Positions 45,531-54,294 of a stretch of DNA of 54,356 bases are shown here, one piece after another. Positions within the stretch are counted from its first letter, which is position 1, and every line of letters starts with the position of its first letter. The notes beneath the pieces are model-generated. The model did not search any database, was not told the origin of the DNA, and saw only the letters and a list, made by a program, of their open reading frames with translations. The stretch spans positions 1 to 54,356 of the forward strand of contig CAZTPW010000004.1 in NCBI GenBank assembly GCA_964615725.1, written 5' to 3'. The DNA comes from an uncultured Candidatus Saccharibacteria bacterium (GTDB lineage: Bacteria > Patescibacteriota > Minisyncoccia > Phycocordibacterales > CAZTPW01). A program made the translations under genes and the position numbers.

Positions 45531-47112
45531 GTGTGATTCTTGCTTTAATAATTCGATCGAGCACTTCCTTAAAGGTAGTTTCGTTTGTTGTTATCACGAT
45601 CGTACTCGAATCGATTACTGAGTAAAGAAGGATGATTTGACCAGCACCATTTCGGACAACACGCACCTCTTTATTTTTTATAACAGCATCCTGGAATTCA
45701 TAGCGTGTACCAGACGCGGACACTTGTGAGGTTCCTACAACACGATCCTCAGGTTTGAAGAAGATATTTTGAAGATCAAAAATCATCGTCTTCTCCCATG
45801 AAATCATTCCTGCATACGAAGTTTCATAATCTCGAGACCTAAGGACGAGTATTGAGTTTAAGAGACCTGTATTGTGAACACCAAAAAAGAATTTTGGTTC
45901 AAGTACCCGTATGAGTGAAGGCGAAATGTTTTTGTTGAGTGATGTGAGGAGCTCTTGGAGAGAAAGCTCAGATTTTTTTGATGAGTCTTTAAATATTCGA
46001 AGTTGCTCAATTCCTTGAAGAGAAATCTTTGAATTTTCAGACTCACTTCTCATTGTGCCACTGAGAACATCTTTCGATAGTGCTTCGGTAACAATCTGTC
46101 GAGACCCATCAACTGAGAAGAAGAGATTCTCTTGTTCTTGACGAACTTCTACGACCTGTACCTGTTTTTTGTAGAAGCCGTAGTAGTACGCAACTCCTGC
46201 CCCACCACCGATCAAGACAATACTAAGAAGGATAAGAAATATATTTCTCAATGTACTCATTTTCCTCTGACTCGCCATCTCTATTTCCATTTTTTCCTGA
46301 GCCCTTCTCTGTGATTCTGCCATTGAAATCTGGGTAAGGTTGATATGATCACGCGTAACCGAATCACCTACATCACTTGTATAGGTGTGGATTGGGCTGA
46401 GGGTGTTGTCACGTGGGGTGGTGTCTTGTGTAGGCGGTGGCGTCGGTACAACACTTTGGGATTCAATGAAGGGGTTGGTCGTGATGGTTGGTGCCTGGCG
46501 AGGTGCTTGAAATGACGCGGTTGGTGCGGGTTTTGGTGGTGGAGGAACGGGAATTGTCGAAACTTTTGGTGGTGGGGGTACCGGAATCGAAGACGCGACA
46601 CTTCTTAATGGCTGTATTGGCTGCGGAGCGGTTTGTACTTTAGAAATTGGCTGAGCACTTGGTGTTGGGTCTTTTGGCAAAGAATTGAGAAAAGACCTGA
46701 GATTGTTGTTGGGATTGAGTGGTGGGTAGTTGGTGATTTTGGGAGGGGTTGGCACTACAGGTGCTTTGTTGATGAAAGATGATCTCTGGATGGTCGACGA
46801 AGGGGTGTTCTGAGGTTGTGGAGCAGGAGAGGGCGTTGGTGCGGGTTTGGGAACGGGAGGCACTATTTTTTGTGGAGCGGCGAACGACGGAGAAACACTT
46901 CCTGAAAAGTTTGGCTTTGGTGTACTCAGTGGTTGGAGTGGTTTTGGTGGTATTGGTGTCGCTGTTTTGTTTTCCTTCAATCCCTTCAAAATCTTTTCCA
47001 AAGGAATAGAAACTTCCGCAGAACTGCCCTGCTGGGCGTCGTTCATGTCATCGAGATAGGTATGGATTTTTTTTGCCCCCTGCGGTGCCGCAGGAGTATT
47101 TCCATCAGTCAT
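45526..47112 (-). CDS. Single-pass membrane protein with long Pro-rich cytoplasmic N-terminus
   Basis: About 230 aa of Pro-rich low-complexity sequence, a TM segment, then an extracellular alpha/beta domain. Confidence 0.82.
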   Translation of the reverse strand: MTDGNTPAAPQGAKKIHTYLDDMNDAQQGSSAEVSIPLEKILKGLKENKTATPIPPKPLQPLSTPKPNFSGSVSPSFAAPQKIVPPVPKPAPTPSPAPQPQNTPSSTIQRSSFINKAPVVPTPPKITNYPPLNPNNNLRSFLNSLPKDPTPSAQPISKVQTAPQPIQPLRSVASSIPVPPPPKVSTIPVPPPPKPAPTASFQAPRQAPTITTNPFIESQSVVPTPPPTQDTTPRDNTLSPIHTYTSDVGDSVTRDHINLTQISMAESQRRAQEKMEIEMASQRKMSTLRNIFLILLSIVLIGGGAGVAYYYGFYKKQVQVVEVRQEQENLFFSVDGSRQIVTEALSKDVLSGTMRSESENSKISLQGIEQLRIFKDSSKKSELSLQELLTSLNKNISPSLIRVLEPKFFFGVHNTGLLNSILVLRSRDYETSYAGMISWEKTMIFDLQNIFFKPEDRVVGTSQVSASGTRYEFQDAVIKNKEVRVVRNGAGQIILLYSVIDSSTIVITTNETTFKEVLDRIIKARITR

Positions 47113-47115
47113 AGC

Positions 47116-49239
47116 TTAAGCTTTTTTAATAAAATTCGGATCGCGCTCTTTAATCGAGAGGTTGATTCGATTTTTTTCATCGATCTCTTTTATTATAACA
47201 GGAACTTTATCGCCGACATGAAGGTAGTCACCGATTGCTTCAATACGAAATGGTGCAATTTCTGAAATATGAACAAGTCCCTCAGTGGTGTCACTAATTT
47301 TTACAAAGGCACCAAAGTCGAGGATTTTTGTGACCACACCCTCATAAATCTCACCCTTTTCGTATGTATGGGTAAGGGATTGAATTATTGCTTCAGCACG
47401 TTTCGGTCCACCATCCTGCCCCGTTATGTAAATAATACCATCGTCATGAACATCGATGTTATCAACGCCAGTTTTTTCTGTGATCATGCGAATGGTTTTT
47501 CCGTTTGGACCAATGACCGAAGCAATCTGGTCCTGCTTAATACTCATGCGGACAATTTCTGGAGCATTCGGTGAAATGTGTGGGCGTGGCGCTGGAATAG
47601 TTTTTTCAATAACATCGAGAATTTTCTTTCGCCCAATAAGTGCTTTTTCAAATGCAACACTCAAGACTGATAGTGGAATACCTGAGACTTTGATATCCAT
47701 CTGAATCGCCGTGATGCCGTCGCGCGTACCCGCAACCTTGAAGTCCATATCGCCGTAATGATCCTCTGGGCCTTGTATGTCAGTGAGTATCACAAAATGC
47801 TCAGGCGATTCGATCATTACGCCCGATGAAATTCCTGCTACGGGTTTTTTAATGGGCACTCCTCCGTCCATAAGTGCCAGTGTGCTGCCGCATACTGAGG
47901 CCATTGATGTTGAACCGTTTGATGAGAAAGCTTCAGAAACGAGTCTAATAGTATAGGGAAAATCATTTTGAGAAGGTAAAACTGGAATCAGTGCTTTTTC
48001 AGCGAGTGCACCATGTCCAATCATGCGACGATTTGTACCACCAAGTTTACCCGTTTCACCGGTCGAAAAAGGTGGAAAATTGTAATGGTGAATGTAATGC
48101 TTCCCTTTTGAGTCTTGAGGTGCGTCTTCAGTGACGAGGGTGTCTTGCGGGCTACCAAGGGTAAGTGCTGTGAAAATATGTGTTTCACCTCTGAAGAAAA
48201 TTCCGGATCCATGAAGTACGCTCGAAACACCACCAGCTTGTGCGTAGAGTTCTCGAATATCATCTACTCCCCTACCATCGACACGTTTTTTGTTTCGAAT
48301 TACTTGATCATGAATAAAGGCATTGACTCTATCCTCAAAGAGAAATGCATGAGCTTCGCGATGAACATTTTCAGGGCGGCCGTCTTTGTAATGGGTGTGA
48401 ACGAGATCGCCCCACACTGTTTTAAGTTTTTGGATCCCCTCATCGCCCGACGTTTTTGTGAGGAGCGTTTGGGGCATGATTGGTGAAATTTCTTTTTCAA
48501 AAAGATCCAAAAGATCCTGCGGAGTATTCGGTCTTGCGAGAGCTCGCTTTTTGGGGGCGATACGATTAAAAATGTCCTTCTGGAATTTTTGAATTTTTTC
48601 AATTATCAAACTTGCTTCTTTGAGAGCGTTGAGCGCGACGTCTTCTTTAATTTCACGCGCAGCGCATTCAATCATTGTGATGTTGCCATCCTTTCCACAT
48701 ACAGTAAACTCAAACCCGTCAGGAAAATCCCCATGACCACGATCAGGGTTGATCACATAAGGCGTTTGCGTCCCTCCGGATATTTTTACTGAAGATACGG
48801 GGCCATTCCAAGGAATGTGAGATGTACCAAGCGCAAGAGAAGCTGCTATGACACCCAACGCATCGACATCCTCACTCCCCACGGCAAGGGTGGTAACCAC
48901 AACCTGAATTTCATTTCTGATCCACTGATCAAAGAGTGGTCGAATTGTTCGGTCAATAATTCTTCCTGAGAGAATTGCTTTTTCAGAAGGTTTTCCTTCA
49001 CGGCGCATAAAACGCGAACCGAGAATTTTCCCAAGCGCATAGTAACGTTCCTCAAATTCTACGGTAAGTGGAAGAAAATCGATGCCCTCTTTTTCTGTCT
49101 CGGACATTGTTGCAGTAGCAAGGAGAACTGTCTCGCCATATTTCACCATGACCGAACCTTGGGCGCGCTGTGCAAGATTGGTAAATGATGCGGTAAGCGT
49201 CTTCCCCCCTATCTCCATAGAGAAATCTTGAGTGTGCAT
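47116..49239 (-). CDS. pnp: Polyribonucleotide nucleotidyltransferase
   Basis: RPLF, RGET, HHYNFPPFS, SNGSTSMAS, GDMDFKVAG, KH and S1 domains. Confidence 0.98.
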   Translation of the reverse strand: MHTQDFSMEIGGKTLTASFTNLAQRAQGSVMVKYGETVLLATATMSETEKEGIDFLPLTVEFEERYYALGKILGSRFMRREGKPSEKAILSGRIIDRTIRPLFDQWIRNEIQVVVTTLAVGSEDVDALGVIAASLALGTSHIPWNGPVSSVKISGGTQTPYVINPDRGHGDFPDGFEFTVCGKDGNITMIECAAREIKEDVALNALKEASLIIEKIQKFQKDIFNRIAPKKRALARPNTPQDLLDLFEKEISPIMPQTLLTKTSGDEGIQKLKTVWGDLVHTHYKDGRPENVHREAHAFLFEDRVNAFIHDQVIRNKKRVDGRGVDDIRELYAQAGGVSSVLHGSGIFFRGETHIFTALTLGSPQDTLVTEDAPQDSKGKHYIHHYNFPPFSTGETGKLGGTNRRMIGHGALAEKALIPVLPSQNDFPYTIRLVSEAFSSNGSTSMASVCGSTLALMDGGVPIKKPVAGISSGVMIESPEHFVILTDIQGPEDHYGDMDFKVAGTRDGITAIQMDIKVSGIPLSVLSVAFEKALIGRKKILDVIEKTIPAPRPHISPNAPEIVRMSIKQDQIASVIGPNGKTIRMITEKTGVDNIDVHDDGIIYITGQDGGPKRAEAIIQSLTHTYEKGEIYEGVVTKILDFGAFVKISDTTEGLVHISEIAPFRIEAIGDYLHVGDKVPVIIKEIDEKNRINLSIKERDPNFIKKA

Positions 49240-49295
49240 GTGTCTATTGTAACAAAAAACTCCTCCGCGAGGAATTCGGGAAGAGTTTTATGTGT

Positions 49296-49883
49296 TTATG
49301 CGATCGGATTTTCTGGTGTGACCGGTTTCTGGGGTCGTCGGTGGCGGTTTCGCGGATTGTTTGATCGGCCAAAGCCATTTCCAATGAGGTACTTTTGTGG
49401 GTTTGCATCGAGGTCGATGAACTCATCAGCTGCTTCCTTAAGCATTCCCGAAGCGGACTTACCAAAAGTAACCACTTCTACCTGACAACCCTCGTGGGTC
49501 TGGAGGTATTTAACCAATGGCACGAAGTCACCATCCCCTGTTACAAGGATAATTGCATCGAGTTTTGGAGCCAAGGTGATGGCGTCAACCGCCATTCCAA
49601 CATCCCAGTCGGCCTTTTTTGCTCCTCCAGCGAATACTTGGAGGTCTTTGGTCTTTGCCTCGATGCCCATTTTTGTAAGAGCCTCGAAAAATGCCGTCTC
49701 ATCCCCTGCTTCCGTAGTAATTACGTAGGCAATAGCTCGAATAAGTGCCCGACCTGCGAGGGCATCTTTCAAGATTTGACCAAAATTTACTCGAGAATGG
49801 TAGAGATTTTTTGCTGTGTGATAAAGGTTTTGAGTGTCGATATAGATACCAACACGCTGTTCTTTGTGTTTAATAACTGTCAT
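49296..49883 (-). CDS. NYN/LabA (DUF88) PIN-like domain protein
   Basis: IYIDTQN, KKADWDV, VTGDGDFVP, ADEFID. Confidence 0.92.
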   Translation of the reverse strand: MTVIKHKEQRVGIYIDTQNLYHTAKNLYHSRVNFGQILKDALAGRALIRAIAYVITTEAGDETAFFEALTKMGIEAKTKDLQVFAGGAKKADWDVGMAVDAITLAPKLDAIILVTGDGDFVPLVKYLQTHEGCQVEVVTFGKSASGMLKEAADEFIDLDANPQKYLIGNGFGRSNNPRNRHRRPQKPVTPENPIA

Positions 49884-49974
49884 AGATTATAAAAATTAAT
49901 CCTGCTTATGAACTTTTATATGAAAATTACCGAAAAAAACAAAATGGGTGTGTTTCCCCATTTTGCTTAGAATC

Positions 49975-50247
49975 TTAGGCTTTTTTCTTGAGATCGAGTT
50001 TCTTCATGAGAGCGTTGAAACGTCGTGTGTCCTTCGACTGAAGGTACTTCATGTGAGTTTGACGATCGGCAACCATCTGGAGAAGTCCACGTCGAGAGTG
50101 TCGATCGTTTGGATTTTTCTTCAAATGAGAAGCAAGTTCCTCAATTTTCTTTGAGAGGAGTGAAATCTGAACGTCAGCAGAGCCCGTATCCTTATCATGG
50201 ATCTGGGTTGCTTTCATTACTTTTTCCTTTTTCGTTTTCGTAAGCAT
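49975..50247 (-). CDS. rpsO: 30S ribosomal protein S15
   Basis: HDKDTGSADVQI, HLKKNPNDRHSRRGLL. Confidence 0.97.
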   Translation of the reverse strand: MLTKTKKEKVMKATQIHDKDTGSADVQISLLSKKIEELASHLKKNPNDRHSRRGLLQMVADRQTHMKYLQSKDTRRFNALMKKLDLKKKA

Positions 50248-50347
50248 TGGTGAAATCGTAGCATAAATCAGAAATTAATGCAAGGGGGTACAAGAGCGAG
50301 GAATAATCTTCGAGCATGGTATACTTTCTATGTCGTACAATTATTTT

Positions 50348-51286
50348 ATGGATCTTCCCACACTTAAGCGCGAATTTCTTGAATATATCGAGATTGAAAA
50401 AGGACGGAGTCTCAAGACTGTGGTCAATTATGATCATTATTTAAGCCGTTTTTTAGCCTTTTCAAAGATTACTGACCCTAAAAAAATCACTGACGACACT
50501 GTGCGTGAATTCCGCCTTTGGCTCAATCGTCAAGTGGCTCGTGAGTACTCCAAGGACAAAACTCTCACTCTCAAGAAGCGAACTCAAAATTACTACCTTA
50601 TTGCATTGCGTTCTTTTCTAAAATATATTGCAAAACGAGGCTATTCTTCCCTTCCACCAGACAAAATCGAGCTGGCAAAAGTGCCCGAGCGCTCCCTCGA
50701 CCTCATTTCCCCTATTGAACTTGCTCGCCTTATGAATTCCCCCGACCAAACTACTGAAAAAGGCTTACGGGATAAGGCTATTTTGGAACTCTTCTTCTCT
50801 ACAGGTCTTCGAGTTTCTGAGCTTTGCAATTTGACTAGAGATCTCGATCTTAATGCCGATGAATTCTCTGTGCGAGGAAAGGGCGAGAAAGTTCGGGTTG
50901 TTTTTCTTTCTGATGAGGCAAAAACCGCTCTGAAAAACTACCTTAAGGTCCGAAAGGATATGGATGATGCGCTTTTTGTGCAAACACAAGGGCCAATCCG
51001 AAAAAACCTTGAAAAAAAGCCCACCATTAGCCTTACTCCACGCTCTATTGAGCGAATTGTGAAGCATTATGCTATCAAGGCCGGTATCTCAAAGAAAGTG
51101 ACACCCCATGTTATTCGCCATAGTTTTGCCACCGACCTCCTTCAAAACGGCGCCGATCTCCGCTCGGTCCAGATGCTTCTTGGCCACTCAAATATAGCCA
51201 CAACACAGATTTATACCCATATTACTGATAAACACCTCCGCGAAGTGCATAAAAATTTCCATAGCAAGCGGAGGAAGTCCGTGTAG
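50348..51286 (+). CDS. XerC/XerD-family tyrosine recombinase
   Basis: RDKAILELFFSTGLRVSEL, RGKGEKVR, TPHVIRHSFAT, LLGH, TTQIYTH. Alternative ATG at 50330. Confidence 0.93.
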   Translation: MDLPTLKREFLEYIEIEKGRSLKTVVNYDHYLSRFLAFSKITDPKKITDDTVREFRLWLNRQVAREYSKDKTLTLKKRTQNYYLIALRSFLKYIAKRGYSSLPPDKIELAKVPERSLDLISPIELARLMNSPDQTTEKGLRDKAILELFFSTGLRVSELCNLTRDLDLNADEFSVRGKGEKVRVVFLSDEAKTALKNYLKVRKDMDDALFVQTQGPIRKNLEKKPTISLTPRSIERIVKHYAIKAGISKKVTPHVIRHSFATDLLQNGADLRSVQMLLGHSNIATTQIYTHITDKHLREVHKNFHSKRRKSV

Positions 51287-51299
51287 CAGCCTCTTTTTA

Positions 51300-51315
51300 T
51301 GTTTCACGTGTACCT
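51300..51315. other. parS-like site (degenerate)
   Basis: Minus strand AGGTACACGTGAAACA, 14/16 to the B. subtilis-type TGTTACACGTGAAACA; intergenic. Confidence 0.4.
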
Positions 51316-51342
51316 TTTGGGCTTTTTGTGTACAATTGTCAC

Positions 51343-52110
51343 ATGAATATTGTTTCGTGGAACGTAAATGGGCTCCGCGCCGTATTGCGAAAAGGCTCAT
51401 TTGACTGGCTACTCAAAGCAAAGCCCGACATTATCTGCCTTCAGGAGACAAAGTGCCAAAGTGACCAACTCCCCCCAGAAATTGCTTCTATTCCAGGCTA
51501 TCACTGCTACTATTCATGGCCGAAGGTGAAAAAGGGATACAGTGGTGTTGCTCTTTTTTCAAAAGTTAAGCCGGAAAAGGTTGAATATGGTATGGCGCAA
51601 GAAGATTTTGATGCTGAGGGGCGCATGATTGTGGCCTATTTTAAGGATTTTGTACTCATTAACTGTTATTTTCCAAATGGCGGCGGCGGTCCAGAAAGAC
51701 TAGAGTTTAAGCTTAATTTCTACGATCATTTTCTCCATTTCATTACTACACTTCGAAAAAAGGGCCACAATGTTATGTTTTGTGGTGATATTAACACTGC
51801 TCACCATGAGATTGACCTCGCGCGCCCAAAGGAAAATGAAAAGAACACGGGTTTTTTGCCAGTAGAGCGAGAGTGGATGGATCAGCTCGTAAATAATGCC
51901 TTTATTGATGTATACAGACATTTCCATCCAACTAAAAAAGATGTCTATACGTATTGGGACATGAAAACCTTTGCGCGATCACGTAATGTTGGTTGGAGAA
52001 TCGACTACTTTTTTTGCGCTCATAATCTCATTTCTAAAATTCGAGAGATAAAAATATTAAGCACAATCGAGGGTTCTGATCACTGCCCAATTGAGCTCAC
52101 TCTGAAATAA
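51343..52110 (+). CDS. xth: Exodeoxyribonuclease III
   Basis: IVSWNVNGLRA, LQETK, YSGVA, EGR, YFPNG, GDINTAH, GWRIDY, GSDHCP. Confidence 0.96.
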   Translation: MNIVSWNVNGLRAVLRKGSFDWLLKAKPDIICLQETKCQSDQLPPEIASIPGYHCYYSWPKVKKGYSGVALFSKVKPEKVEYGMAQEDFDAEGRMIVAYFKDFVLINCYFPNGGGGPERLEFKLNFYDHFLHFITTLRKKGHNVMFCGDINTAHHEIDLARPKENEKNTGFLPVEREWMDQLVNNAFIDVYRHFHPTKKDVYTYWDMKTFARSRNVGWRIDYFFCAHNLISKIREIKILSTIEGSDHCPIELTLK

Positions 52111-52164
52111 GGCCTATAAGAAGGGCTTTTAGACATGACTTTTATGTCTTTTAGAATGTCCGAG

Positions 52165-52211
52165 TTATCCACAGGAAATGTCCTTTACGTGTCTTTTATG
52201 TACGATATACT
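52165..52211 (+). promoter_or_regulatory. Perfect DnaA box plus sigma70 promoter
   Basis: TTATCCACA at 52165-52173; TTTACG-16-TATACT at 52184-52211. Confidence 0.55.
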
Positions 52212-52218
52212 ATTCACA

Positions 52219-52512
52219 GGTCAGTAGCGACCGTGCAAAAAAATTCACGACGGCAAGGTACCAAGGAATCCTTCGTCGAAAGAAATAAAAACAAAAAAAC
52301 GCACAACGCGAGAAACTGACAGATCTTTCCCACAATTTAACGAGGTGCTCATAACAAATCTCGTAGTTCGCGCAGCCACACGGTGAACGTGTCGGTATTA
52401 AAAAATCTTTTTCGTGCTTCGTAAGCACAAGCAAAACCATCATTAGTTCTTTTCGTTCCCAATAGGCTCGCGCAAGAAGGCCTGACCCACTCTCCATTGG
52501 TCGGCCTTTTTT
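52219..52512 (+). ncRNA. Unidentified ~290-nt structured ncRNA
   Basis: Promoter upstream; ends pair (GGTCAG/CTGACC); at least five internal helices; intrinsic terminator at 52477-52512; no ORF longer than ~30 aa on this strand. Confidence 0.55.
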
Positions 52513-52559
52513 ATTTTCCTATATTTTTTGTCTCAACTCCCCTTTCTCAAACGAAAAGT

Positions 52560-54089
52560 CTATTTTACCCAGTGCTTCTTGCGAATTTCTTCAATGTCTT
52601 GCTCCTCAGCAAGTTCTTTTTTTTCTTTACCAGATTCACCAAGCTTCTTTAGCGCACTTTCAGAGAGATTTATGAGCTCTTGTGCCCTACCCTCGAGGTA
52701 CTCATGGGTGTTGAGCTTCGGATTTTCGAGAACTTCCTCAAGAAGTGCATGCAATATGAAGCCGATCTTCGGACCTGGGGCGAGGTTGAGCTTTTGGATG
52801 AGTGTATTTCCGTCAATTTTGAGCATTCCGACGCTGATTGGGTCCCGGAGCGCCTCTTCTATCATTGAGCGGTATTTGCGAAGCCTATAAGGGTTTTCTT
52901 TTGGTCTACCAGTGCCTATTCTGTCGCAGGTACGTACGTCGAGGAGGTCCCAGATATTCTCCTTCCCTACATTCACGATCATTCTCCGCACCGCAGAGAG
53001 TGTAATCTGCTCGGTATCAGCAAAAAACATATGCCACCGCACCATGGTGACGACTTTTTTTGTAAGATCCTGAGGATATTTGAGTCTCTCAAGGATCTTT
53101 TTTGTCATTTTTGCCCCCACCACCTCATGTCCGTAGAAGGTGAATTCACCATTCTTCCCCGTTCGGCGTGTTGCTGGCTTAGCAATATCATGAAAAAGCG
53201 CTGTAAGTCTTACATCAAGCCCCCACCCCTTGTCGGCGGCGTGCTGTACTGAGCGTAAAAGATGTTCCCATACATGAAAAGCGTGAGCTTGGTTCTGCTC
53301 TACCCCAAGCGCCTCAAGAAGCTCTGGAACAATATGACCCAAAATACCCAATTCATGGCTCAAAATAAGGCCTTTCATGGGTTCTGGAGACAAAAGGATC
53401 TTGCTAAACTCATCTCGAATTCGCTCCCAAGATATCTTTTCGATCAGGGGTGCATTTTCAATAATCGCACGTCGTGTATCGGGTTCGATGGTGAGATTAT
53501 GCTCCGTGGCAAGACGAACTGCTCTCATAAGGCGCAAAGCATCTTCCTTAAAGCGTTCATCGGGATTCCCAACGGCTCGTAAAATCTTGTTTTTGAGGTC
53601 TTTTTGTCCCCCAAACTGATCGATAAGCTTACATACGCAGATATTCCCTGTTTTACGTGAAACACTCAAGGCAAGGGTGTTGATTGTGAAATCTCGTCGC
53701 TTTAGATCCTCGTCGATCGTTTTGCTAAATATCACCTCATCAGGGCGTCGATTATCAGAGTATTTTGCTTCTCGTCGAAATGGGGTAACCTCCACCACTT
53801 TAAGACTTGGATCATCCGACTCCTCCCCTTTTTCAGATAGAGGCACAACACCAACGGTCCCAAACTTGTTTTCATAGAAAGTCTTTGGAAAAAGAGCAAT
53901 AATCTGCTCTGGAGTGGCGTCGGTCGTAATATCCCAATCTTTTGGCTTTTTACCGGTGATTAGATCACGAACACATCCCCCAACAAGAAAGGCCTGAAAA
54001 CCTGATTTCACAAGGGTTTCTGCCGTTGTGAGCACCCCTTCAGGGATTTGCATCTCGTATTCTTTTTCTTCTGAGAGAATGGTAGACAT
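52560..54089 (-). CDS. cca: CCA tRNA nucleotidyltransferase with HD domain
   Basis: VGGCVRD, DWDITT, RRDFTIN, EDALRLMRA, ERIRDE, LFHDIAK. Confidence 0.93.
   Translation of the reverse strand: MSTILSEEKEYEMQIPEGVLTTAETLVKSGFQAFLVGGCVRDLITGKKPKDWDITTDATPEQIIALFPKTFYENKFGTVGVVPLSEKGEESDDPSLKVVEVTPFRREAKYSDNRRPDEVIFSKTIDEDLKRRDFTINTLALSVSRKTGNICVCKLIDQFGGQKDLKNKILRAVGNPDERFKEDALRLMRAVRLATEHNLTIEPDTRRAIIENAPLIEKISWERIRDEFSKILLSPEPMKGLILSHELGILGHIVPELLEALGVEQNQAHAFHVWEHLLRSVQHAADKGWGLDVRLTALFHDIAKPATRRTGKNGEFTFYGHEVVGAKMTKKILERLKYPQDLTKKVVTMVRWHMFFADTEQITLSAVRRMIVNVGKENIWDLLDVRTCDRIGTGRPKENPYRLRKYRSMIEEALRDPISVGMLKIDGNTLIQKLNLAPGPKIGFILHALLEEVLENPKLNTHEYLEGRAQELINLSESALKKLGESGKEKKELAEEQDIEEIRKKHWVK
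53649..53664. other. parS site within cca
   Basis: TGTTTTACGTGAAACA, 15/16 to the consensus TGTTTCACGTGAAACA; translates as VSRKT in Cca. Confidence 0.6.
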
Positions 54090-54148
54090 GAAAGTATTTT
54101 AGTATATTCTTTGTGTTTTTCATAGTTTTGGCGTATGATGGTGCCATT

Positions 54149-54220
54149 GCTCCTGTGGTGAAATGGATATCACAACGGTCTTCGGAACCGTTATTCCAGG
54201 TTCGAGTCCTGGCGGGAGCA
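54149..54220 (+). tRNA. tRNA-Arg(UCG)
   Basis: Acceptor GCTCCTG/CGGGAGC-A, anticodon arm ACGGT-CTTCGGA-ACCGT, T-loop TTCGAGT; CCA not encoded. Confidence 0.93.
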
Positions 54221-54294
54221 CAGATTAGATTTCTTTCGAGCAGCCATCTCTTTGGATTTGGAGTTTTTTTGCTATCGTGTATAATGTTTGCAAC

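Noticed and set aside
46368-47059. Several short overlapping ORFs and apparent repeats in the Pro-rich region
   Set aside because: Explained by low-complexity CCN codon runs of the 45526-47112 protein.
50348-51286. Xer recombinase as the marker of an integrated element
   Set aside because: Flanked by housekeeping genes (rpsO, xth) with no att repeats or cargo; looks like the chromosomal Xer.
52219-52512. Identification as tmRNA, RNase P RNA or SRP RNA
   Set aside because: No T-arm or G3-U70 acceptor with a tag ending in ..AA; no GAGGAAAGUCC or CR V motifs; no SRP helix-8 motif.
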